22,510 nucleotides of DNA from Coleofasciculus chthonoplastes F2-STO-03 (GTDB lineage: Bacteria > Cyanobacteriota > Cyanobacteriia > Cyanobacteriales > Coleofasciculaceae), in assembly GCA_040222015.1 (NCBI GenBank), contig JAVJWO010000057.1:1-22510 (forward strand), read 5' to 3'. Every line of letters begins with the position of its first letter. The first letter of the stretch is position 1. The translations under genes and the position numbers were made by a program. The notes beneath the pieces were generated by a model, which was not told where the DNA came from, did no database searches, and saw only the letters and a list, made by a program, of their open reading frames with translations. Of the stretch, positions 8,444-17,000 are shown piece after piece.

Positions 8444-10188
8444 AAATTATTTCTATTGTTCTAAGTACCTTTTTATGGGTAACTGTATCCTCCCCCCAGA
8501 GTCTAAACGCTCAAGGTGAAGAGGGATTACAGTTACAAGATTTTAGTTACTGGGCTAACCTCTGTGCTTCCCAAAAAGAGGCTAGAAATTATGAACAAGC
8601 CCTAGAAGCCTGTGATCAAGCGATCGCGTTAAATCCTAATGAACCTCAAGCCTGGATTGATCGAGGTGATATTCAACGGGCATTAAATAATTATGCCGAA
8701 GCCGCCGCCTCTTATGGGCAGGTGATTCGCCTAGAACCGAGACATTCTGAAGCCTGGGCAAAGCGATGCGCGGCAAATATCCAATTGACAAACTATGAAG
8801 CCGCGATAACTGACTGTGAAACGGCGTTGCAAATTGATGAAACTTGGAATCAGGTGACACGGGCTTATGCGTTGTATCATCAAGGGTTAGCCCTTTGGGG
8901 ACAAGCGAGGCGAGAAAAGGCGCTATTTTCCTTTGATTTAGCGGTTCAAAGTAATCCAGATTATTCCCTGGCTTGGGCGCAACGCTGTCTGTTATTATCC
9001 CAATTTGATCAGACGTATGATGCTCTTAATTCCTGTGAACGGGCGTTACAGGTGAATGGGGATTGGGGAAATCGGACTCCCGCGATCGCGTGGACGAATC
9101 GTGGTAAAATTCTGGCTCAGTTGAGACGGTATGACGCCGCTCTAGAGTCTTATGATCAAGCCCTGGCGATTGACCCCAAGGATGCAACCGCTTGGACGGA
9201 ACAAGGTAAAGTTTTACTCATTATTGGTCAACCGGGTGAAGCCTTAACCTCTCAGGAATGGGCGCTGAAAATTCGTCCCGATTATGCTTTAGCCTTAGCC
9301 AATCAATGTGCCACTTTGAATCAACTGAGTCAATATGAAGATGCTTTAGCCGCCTGTGATCAAGCGATTCAAGAGGGAGATGGGCGCTGGGGAGAAGAAG
9401 GGGCGGCGTATGCGTGGAGTCATCGGGCGGATGCGCTGACGGGTAATGGTCGATTTCAAGAGGCGTTAGCATCGGCGAATCGGGCGGTAGCACTGAATCC
9501 TGACTATGCTGATCCCTGGAGTAGTCGGGGGGCGACGCTGTGGTTTATGGGGCGGTTTGAAGAGGCGCTAGGGGCAACAGGACAAGCGATTACGATTAAC
9601 CCCAATTCCTCGAAGGCTTGGTTTAACTATGCCCGAATTCTCACCACATTGGGACAGTATAATGAAGCCCATGCTGCTTATCAACGGGCGCTGTTAGGGG
9701 ATGCGAATGTGGGCAATATTCTGACTCTGGCAGAGATTTGGGTGAATCTGAGTGGCTTAGATTTCCGTCTGCAACGCTATCAAGAGGCGATCACCGCAGC
9801 CGAACGAGCAATTGGCATTAATCCGGATTCGGCAGCAGCCTGGTATAATAGGGGGTTATCATTAATGGCATTAAATCAATACCGTAATGCAGTGGAGACT
9901 TATGATCGTGCGATCGCGATCGATGCCGAGAATGCTGATTTTTGGGCAGGGAAAGGCATTGCGCTGCGATTTTTAGAGCAATATCCTCAAGCCTTGGAAG
10001 CCTTGCAAACCGCATTAGAATTGAATCCATCTCATCCGCAAGCATTAGTCAATCAAGAGTTTGTCATGCAAAAGTTACAAACTCCCAATGGGATGGAGGC
10101 TTTACCAAATTCAGGGGTTAGTAAGGCTATATCTTTCAAAACCCAGCCGATCAAACCAAAAAAGCCGGGGTCATACCCCGGCTTTTAG
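8431..10188 (+). CDS. Exported tetratricopeptide-repeat protein
   Basis: Signal-peptide-like N-terminus (…SLNA-Q) and many TPR units of the form AW.NRG..L..L.RY..AL.SYDQALAIDP. Confidence 0.9.
   Translation: MINNKIISIVLSTFLWVTVSSPQSLNAQGEEGLQLQDFSYWANLCASQKEARNYEQALEACDQAIALNPNEPQAWIDRGDIQRALNNYAEAAASYGQVIRLEPRHSEAWAKRCAANIQLTNYEAAITDCETALQIDETWNQVTRAYALYHQGLALWGQARREKALFSFDLAVQSNPDYSLAWAQRCLLLSQFDQTYDALNSCERALQVNGDWGNRTPAIAWTNRGKILAQLRRYDAALESYDQALAIDPKDATAWTEQGKVLLIIGQPGEALTSQEWALKIRPDYALALANQCATLNQLSQYEDALAACDQAIQEGDGRWGEEGAAYAWSHRADALTGNGRFQEALASANRAVALNPDYADPWSSRGATLWFMGRFEEALGATGQAITINPNSSKAWFNYARILTTLGQYNEAHAAYQRALLGDANVGNILTLAEIWVNLSGLDFRLQRYQEAITAAERAIGINPDSAAAWYNRGLSLMALNQYRNAVETYDRAIAIDAENADFWAGKGIALRFLEQYPQALEALQTALELNPSHPQALVNQEFVMQKLQTPNGMEALPNSGVSKAISFKTQPIKPKKPGSYPGF
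10158..10186. terminator. Intrinsic terminator hairpin, strongest for the minus (sbtA) strand and possibly bidirectional
   Basis: AAAAAA-GCCGGGGT-CAT-ACCCCGGC-TTTT; overlaps the last codons of the TPR gene. Confidence 0.8.
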
Positions 10189-10334
10189 GTGGCCGTGTTT
10201 CGTACCTGCGGGACGTTGACGTCGGCGAAGAAGTCATTAGCCCCAGACATAAGAAGGGCTGCGCGGCTGTTGAATGGAGACGACACAGACCTTGACATAG
10301 CCGCCACGTTGGTCGCTGGGCTAGCCGTCTGGAA

Positions 10335-11480
10335 TCATCCGCCCATCAGCGCCTGGGCGAGTCCGATGTAGAGCGGTATTCCTATGGCAAGCGCAACCGG
10401 CGTGCCGACGGCTGTGGACGAGCCGATGTAGGCGGAGGGATTGGCTGACGGGATACCGGCTCGTAAAGTGGGCGGTCCTGAGATGTCTGAACTGGAGGCG
10501 GCGATGACGGCCAGGAGCACAACGCCGCCAGGGCTGAATCCCGTGGCGACGTGGGCAATCCAGCCGAGACCGAAGGCTATGAACCCATGCAGCAGCGGCG
10601 CAACAAAGGCATATAGGGCGTACCACTGACCCACCTTGCGCAGCTCGCCAAGCCTTGCTGTGGCCTCCATACCCATTACCAGCATCAGGATCGAAAGCAG
10701 GCCCCGGAAGGGGGGATCGAAGAAGCCATTATAGACACTTTCCGGCTGGGTTAGCAGGCCTAGAGCGATGCCGAGCAGCAGTGCCGATAGGGCAGATCCT
10801 TGGAGGCTTTCCTGCACGATGGGCCATATTTTGACTCGATTACTGGTATCGTCCGGCTCGCTGGGATATCCGCTTGCGGTAATGCGCTGCTGGCTGAGAT
10901 ACTCCTGCCTGGTGGTGGGATACTCCTGCTCGCTGGGATACCCGTCTGCGGTAACGCTCTGCTTGCTGAGAGACTCCTGCTTGCTGAGAGACTTTTGCTT
11001 GCTAACATAAATACTGGCTAGGACGATCGCAGTCACGAGCGCTGGGATGTCCATGAAGGGATAGAGTGCGGCGGCCCAGGGCTCGTATTGGATGCCTTCC
11101 GATTCCAGTACCGTTATGCCGGCGGCGAGGGTAGAGCCACTCACAGCACCGAACAAGCCAGCGGTCGCAATGGCATCCACAGTTTTGACTTTCGGCAGAT
11201 TGGCTAAGGTATAACGCCCGATGAACACGATAAGAATCCCTATGATCACGGCGAACGATGCGGGCAACAGCATCTCCAGCAGATTGGAATTGCGGATCGC
11301 AATGCCGCCGCTCAGACCCACTTTGATGAGCAGCATGAAGACGATGAACTTATAAACCGCATCTGGAACTTGCAGTTGGCTATTGACGGCGGCAACGACC
11401 ATACCACCAATCAGAAATCCGAGTGTCGGGGACTGCAACTTCGCCAGGAAGAGCGTAAAAAAATCGGTCAAAAAATCCAC
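10335..11480 (-). CDS. sbtA: Sodium-dependent bicarbonate transporter SbtA
   Basis: LQSPTLGFLIGGM, LFGAVSGSTL, LYPFMDIPALVTAI, SSSDISGPPTLRAGIPSANPSAYIGSSTAVGTP; GTG start after AGGAGG. Confidence 0.95.
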   Translation of the reverse strand: MDFLTDFFTLFLAKLQSPTLGFLIGGMVVAAVNSQLQVPDAVYKFIVFMLLIKVGLSGGIAIRNSNLLEMLLPASFAVIIGILIVFIGRYTLANLPKVKTVDAIATAGLFGAVSGSTLAAGITVLESEGIQYEPWAAALYPFMDIPALVTAIVLASIYVSKQKSLSKQESLSKQSVTADGYPSEQEYPTTRQEYLSQQRITASGYPSEPDDTSNRVKIWPIVQESLQGSALSALLLGIALGLLTQPESVYNGFFDPPFRGLLSILMLVMGMEATARLGELRKVGQWYALYAFVAPLLHGFIAFGLGWIAHVATGFSPGGVVLLAVIAASSSDISGPPTLRAGIPSANPSAYIGSSTAVGTPVALAIGIPLYIGLAQALMGG

Positions 11481-11527
11481 TTTGTAATTCCTCCTTAATC
11501 AGATCTTAAAGATAGAGTCATTCCAAT

Positions 11528-11704
11528 TTATTTCCATAAATCTTTAGAGTCCGTGAAGACGGACTTCGTTGTGTTAGCCCCGGATTTCCAATCCGCGGGC
11601 AGTTGTTGCTGTTGGTTTCTACTTGGAACTACAATGGAGCCTGCTGCGGAAGTGCCGACAGTGTACAGAAAGTTCTGACGAGACATGCGAGAGAAATTTG
11701 CCAT
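11528..11704 (-). pseudogene. 58-codon ORF whose first ~26 aa resemble the Tat signal of CmpA/NrtA-family binding proteins (probable cmpA 5' relic)
   Basis: AAGGAGG RBS, then MANFSRMSRQNFLYTVGTSAAGSIVV-PSRNQQQQLPADWKSGANTTKSVFTDSKDLWK*. SRQNFL is a degenerate SRRxFL; the lipobox Cys is missing and the tail is read through a repeat. Confidence 0.55.
11548..11600. repeat. Small dispersed repeat with two hairpins
   Basis: AGTCCGT-GAAG-ACGGACT followed by TCGTTGTGTTAGCC and CGGATT-TCC-AATCCG; partial relative TCGTTTGTGTAGCC near 20173. Confidence 0.6.
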
Positions 11705-11781
11705 GAATACCTCCTTCCGCCTCCCCTAGCTGGGGGAGTGGTGATTGTGATCAGTGAAATTGGTTAAAAGTTAAAGAAAGC

Positions 11782-11805
11782 GGGGGTGCAGCGCTACACC
11801 CCTAC
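11782..11805 (-). repeat. GTAG REP-like palindrome
   Basis: GTAGGGGTGTAGCGCTGCACCCCC on the minus strand. Confidence 0.65.
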
Positions 11806-11846
11806 AGCACAGGTATTACGCGAATACCTGTCCCGCAGTACATCCT

Positions 11847-11900
11847 ATAGATTAAGATCTATGTAAGACCCGAATCACTATGTGCTTAAGTTTATCTTAA
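11847..11900. promoter_or_regulatory. Candidate NdhR(CcmR)/CmpR-type LysR operator region
   Basis: ATAG-ATTAAGAT-CTAT (ATAG-N8-CTAT, 11847-11862) overlaps a possible minus-strand -10 (TAGGAT, 11847-11842). Second palindrome TTAAG-TTTAT-CTTAA at 11886-11900. Confidence 0.6.
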
Positions 11901-12050
11901 AATCTGCACCAACTTGCATGGAAATGCCCAATTCAAATCATAAGTTTTCCTTTTAGTCTCAGAAAACCCCGATATCTCTGGTCAATCTTTAGTATGGTAC
12001 TGCAAACGGCAGAGCCCTCGTCCCTAGAACACCGGTCCAGTAATCCCAGC

Positions 12051-12157
12051 TATAGCCTTACCAAAGCAGGTTAGGACATTTTTACTGTTGCCTGTTGCCT
12101 GTTGCCTGTTGCCTTTTGGGATAAACTGATGTCCTAACGTGTGTGCGTAGTGCTATA
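12051..12157. mobile_element. MITE-like element containing a heptamer array
   Basis: Ends TATAGC...GCTATA, inner inverted repeat GTTAGGACAT (12070-12079)/ATGTCCTAAC (12129-12138), enclosing CTGTTGC x4 (12085-12112). Confidence 0.65.
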
Positions 12158-12285
12158 TAACGCAAAACGGTCATTCTGGCGCTCATCCTGAACGGAAAAT
12201 CAGGCTCTTTACTAAACTATTAGTGGTCCGGCGCTCTAGTGCCCCCTGCAATCTGATGTTGAATGGTGGTCATAGCGCCAAAAGG

Positions 12286-12300
12286 ATAAGTGTTTTTTAT
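12286..12300. promoter_or_regulatory. Candidate LysR box upstream of sbtB
   Basis: ATAA-GTGTTTT-TTAT (T-N11-A, palindromic ends) about 150 nt upstream of the sbtB ATG. Confidence 0.35.
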
Positions 12301-12321
12301 AAAATGCTTCCGCTAATCTGA

Positions 12322-12768
<447 letters not shown>

Positions 12769-12776
12769 GTAAAAAC

Positions 12777-12973
12777 CCCAGCAATTCTCATTTTGGCAAG
12801 AAGCTGTTCAAGCACTGGGAATCTCGGTATTGTATTCAACAACCCTGAGTCTCGCGAGGTTCACGATGATATCTGAGAGATCCAAGAGAGCTAAAGCGGT
12901 TGCCAGAACGCAGGAACTCGATCTAAAAATCCCGCCCAATAGCAGTTGAATTTCCAAAATGAGAATTTCTGGG
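12777..12973. mobile_element. 197-bp MITE with 20-bp terminal inverted repeats
   Basis: CCCAGCAATTCTCATTTTGG (12777-12796) versus CCAAAATGAGAATTTCTGGG (12954-12973): 19/20 complementary; no ORF inside. Confidence 0.75.
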
Positions 12974-13066
12974 AAAGTGATGAATTATGAGTAACTGATG
13001 CCAAACTGAGGTAAACTGGGAGAACAACTTTGTGAATTTTTTTAGCATAATTTTGTTACAAGCCCT

Positions 13067-13393
13067 ATGACTGTGGTAATTTCAGCAGCTCGTTCAGCGA
13101 CATCTGCTGCACCAACTCAAGCTCCTGAAAAATCGCGTCAAGTTACCCGCAAGCCTTATCCTAACTATAAGGTTATTGTTCTCGATGATGATTTCAACAC
13201 CTTTCAGCACGTCCATGACTGCTTGGTGAAGTATATTCCCGGAATGAGCAGCGATTACGCTTGGAAACTGACGAATCAGGTTCACTTTGAAGGTCAAGCC
13301 ATTGTTTGGGTTGGTCCTCAGGAACAAGCTGAACTCTATCACCAACAGCTAAGTCGGGCTGGATTAACAATGGCTCCTTTGGAGGAAGCATAA
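13067..13393 (+). CDS. clpS: ATP-dependent Clp protease adaptor ClpS
   Basis: YPNYKVIVLDDDFNTFQHV...VHFEGQAIVW...LTMAPLE. Confidence 0.93.
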   Translation: MTVVISAARSATSAAPTQAPEKSRQVTRKPYPNYKVIVLDDDFNTFQHVHDCLVKYIPGMSSDYAWKLTNQVHFEGQAIVWVGPQEQAELYHQQLSRAGLTMAPLEEA

Positions 13394-13395
13394 AT

Positions 13396-13415
13396 GTAGA
13401 GACGTAGCTACGTCT
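13396..13415 (+). repeat. GTAG REP-like palindrome after clpS
   Basis: GTAG-AGACGTAGCTACGTCT. Confidence 0.75.
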
Positions 13416-13474
13416 GGCAGAGGGGGTCATGATTTTGCACAAAATCGATATGCAATTTAGATGTACAACTTATC

Positions 13475-13774
13475 ATGGGTAAGTCCAATGGCGGTAGACT
13501 GGTTTGGAATCACTCAACTCACTTGCCCGGGTTGATTCCGGTTCTAGAACGTCTCACTCGCTATACTGGGATTCAAACGATTACGCCAGCTGTCATTGGA
13601 CGGGCGAGAAGTCATCGTCCTCGCTTAGAGTTAAAAGTGTCTGTACCCATTCGCGGTGGATATAAAATTATTGCTCGCTCTGGTAAAACGTTTCAAGAAG
13701 TGTTTATTGTTACTGAGTTGAGTAAGCGAGAATTAGAAGGTGCGATCGCACAAGCCTTGAAAAGAAAAAAGTAA
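13475..13774 (+). CDS. Conserved cyanobacterial protein, DUF2103-like
   Basis: GRLVWNHSTH.PGLIPVL, ITPAVI, ARSGKTFQEVFIVT pattern. Confidence 0.7.
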   Translation: MGKSNGGRLVWNHSTHLPGLIPVLERLTRYTGIQTITPAVIGRARSHRPRLELKVSVPIRGGYKIIARSGKTFQEVFIVTELSKRELEGAIAQALKRKK

Positions 13775-13903
13775 GACGAAAGAACAGGGAAAGGTTTTCA
13801 TAACTTAAACACCATTACTCTACCTTTATTTTGTAGGGTTTGGCAAGTTTTTCAGTAAGCCATCAGGAATAAGTATACCCTCGAAGATCGTGAAAAGTCA
13901 ATT

Positions 13904-13967
13904 GTAGGGGCGGGTTTAGCCGTTTCATATTGATACCTACCGATAACCTCTCAACAAAACCCGCCCT
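13904..13967 (+). repeat. Long GTAG REP-like stem-loop between convergent genes
   Basis: GTAGGGGCGGGTTTAGCC...ATAACCTCTCAACAAAACCCGCCCT; homologous to 6132-6195. Confidence 0.85.
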
Positions 13968-14012
13968 CCGTCATCGATAATATCATTTCCTTTCTTTGCC
14001 TTGTCCTAATTT

Positions 14013-17000
14013 TTACCATGGACTCCCCACCAACGTAAATGCACTCCAATAATAAGGATGGGTCAATTCTCTATCGGGTAAATCAGCTAACTGGGGCGGT
14101 AAAGGAATCGTACCATTTGGAGTCACCAATTGACCCTTTTCTATTCGCACCTCACCCCGAATCATCGCCAACTGTGCCTGTCGCAATGCTTCAGCTTTAA
14201 TTGGGACTTCTTTTAACTGGGAATAAAATGTGGTCATTAATCCCAATGTGCCTTCATCGCTGACATACCAGAGACTTCCCAATGCTGATTTGACTCCCGC
14301 TTGTACCGCTAACCCAGTAAATCCTAACTCCGCTTCCTCATCCCCTAAAGCCGTGCGACAGGCACTTAACACCATCAGTTCCACAGGAGGGTTATTTAAC
14401 CCCAACTCTCGGATTTGGTCAAGGTATAGCTTAGTATCCCAAAACTGGATATAAGAATTTTCCGGCTTACCGGATTTAAACTCACCGTGGGTAGCTAAAT
14501 GAAGAATACCAAACGGCGTTCGATTACGAACCCTTTTCAGCCTTTGGGGAGTAAACGTAGAATTAAGAAAAGATTCACCTTGCCATAAATTATCAGTAAT
14601 CGTCGCCAACTCAATCGGGACAGCCGGTAAAGGATTTTGGTCAGTAAATTCAGACGCCCCCATCGCCAACACCTCCAGATTTCTCACATCCACATAGCGG
14701 GTATCTGTCAGCGATAAACTCGGCATCAACCCGATACTATAGCGTTCCAAAATAAACCCATTCCCATCATGCAAAACCGCCATCGGTAACGAACGCAACC
14801 CCACATCCACAACAAACGCCAAATTAGTAATCTCTCGACTCGCCAACTCCGCTTCCAAAGGCGCAATTAACCACTGATAAAGCTGTTGTGACACCGGAAG
14901 ATAAGGACGAGGAATCCGCACATCCGTCACAGCGCGACGCAATTGTTGACTCCTATTCAAAACCATCTCTCGCGTCGCCCCCGGTACAGGAAATCGCATC
15001 GGTTCCCCTGAAGCCGTCACCAAAATCAACACCAACTCCTCCCCCTCCAGAGACAACAAATCCTCCTCAGACATCGCCACAAAACCACCATCCTCCTCTG
15101 CGAACCTCTGCGCCCACCTCTGCGTTCCTCTGCGTTTCCCTAAACCCTTCAAATCCCCACCCTTAATTGACGCATTAGTTGGCACAAACATCACATAAAC
15201 CAGCGCAGGTTTCACCCCAGCCACCCGTTCAATTCGTTGTAACGTCGCTTGGGCTTGTGCCAACGTAATAATTGGCGTATCCCCTAACCCCAAATACTCC
15301 TCATATTGACTCGTAAACGCCGCTTCAGCTTCAGCTATTGGATTGAAAACTGGGGAACTCGCGATCGCACTCTCTTTTGTGATATCGTCAGAGTCATCAG
15401 ACTGGGAACAATAAGGTGGACAAGTCCCCATAATCGTCCGGGTAATAATCCGAATATTCCCCAAGGTAAAACTCCCTGGAAACGAGTCAAATGGCAAGAT
15501 ACTAAACTCACCACTACTAATCCCTGCACTTGTCCCATTAGTTGTTCCATCTCCCACATCAAACGGAGTTCCCAGCCATCCACCTCCATGACGAATTGTA
15601 ATATCACCACCTTCGATTCCGCCAGCCGTAGAGATACTGGTAAGACTCCCATTTTGGTCAGTAAAATCATTCGTAGCACGGAAAAATTGTTCTGTGGTAA
15701 TATCAACGTCACCGCCTTTACCATTACTCCCGCCTTGGGCATTAATCATGCTAACCTGAATATCGCCCCTGGGGTCTAAAATAACATTACCGCCATCACC
15801 AACACTCCCACTCGTATTAATTTCGCCTGTTGTAATCGCCTGTTCTGCTTGAATTGAAATATCACCGCCACTATTTCCAGAACTATTCAGGTTTCCTGTA
15901 GTAACGGTTCCGTTATCGCTGGTTAAAGTAATGTCCCGACTGGGGTTGAAAATATCGCCTGTGGTGATATCTTGGTTGGCGAGTAATGTCAGTGTGGCGT
16001 TGTCATCTCCGAATAGAGTACCGCCTGTGTGGTTAATCGAGTTGGCTTGTAAGGTAACGGGGTCATTAAATGTCGCATCACCCGCCAAGGTTATTGTACC
16101 CGTGTTATTGTCGCGTCCGATAATAAGTTGAGTAAATCCGTTTTGGATACTATTGAGTTCGTTGGTATCGAGATTCAAGCGAGTATCATTAATCGTGTTG
16201 CCAATCGTCATATCTAAATTGGGGTCTAGGGGTTGGACTTGAAGCAGATTATTTCCTTGAATTGTTCCTAGTCTTATTTCATTAGCGGTGAGGCTGATAT
16301 TACCCAGTCCGATAGCGGCAATTCCACCATCATCTCCAACTAAAATACCCTGGCTGGTGTTGTCTGAACCATTAACAATTCCTTCTAAGCTAATATTACC
16401 TGTCCCCGTTGTTTGAACAACACCGCCACCAAACCCTAAAACACTAAACCCACCAACCCAAATTCCATAATGATTTGTTCCGGTTCCCTGACTGGTTCCC
16501 TGGAGAAAAATATCACCGTTGATGGACGTAACTCTGGAGTTTTCTTGTAAGATAACAATACCCTCATTACTCATCATTCCTTGTCCACCTGTTCCCACGA
16601 GAGTAATGTTTCCAGTTCCGGTGGATTCTACGCCGCCGCCAGAAACAATGGAAATGCCATCGTTACCGAATACTCCATTACTGGTTGCGTCAGTTGTACC
16701 TGTAATTTCAATCGCGCCTGTTCCTGTTGATTGAACTAAAGCACCATCTTGAATCGAAACACCGTGATTTTCTTGTCCAGTAGCATTACCGCCTGTACCT
16801 GTTATACTGATATCTCCATCGACAGAAGAGACACTCGAACCGACATCTCCTAATCTTATCCCACTATTATTATTTGTCCCGTTTCCACCTGTACCTGTTA
16901 GGGTGATATTCCCGGTTGCGGAGGATGTCACCACACTACCATCAACAATAGAAATACCATCGTTGAATTCTCCCGTTCCCTCACCACCATTACCTGTCAA

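Noticed and set aside
10095..10125. Weak similarity to 12054-12074 (TTACCAAA..CAGG..TTAG) as a possible island boundary repeat
   Set aside because: Short, gapped match; not distinguishable from chance.
10185..10371. Small ORFs downstream of sbtA: 60 aa on +, and a 37-aa minus-strand ORF MSRSVSSPF...NTAT*
   Set aside because: No convincing RBS or recognisable motif; more simply the sbtA 3' UTR. Cannot be fully excluded without a search.
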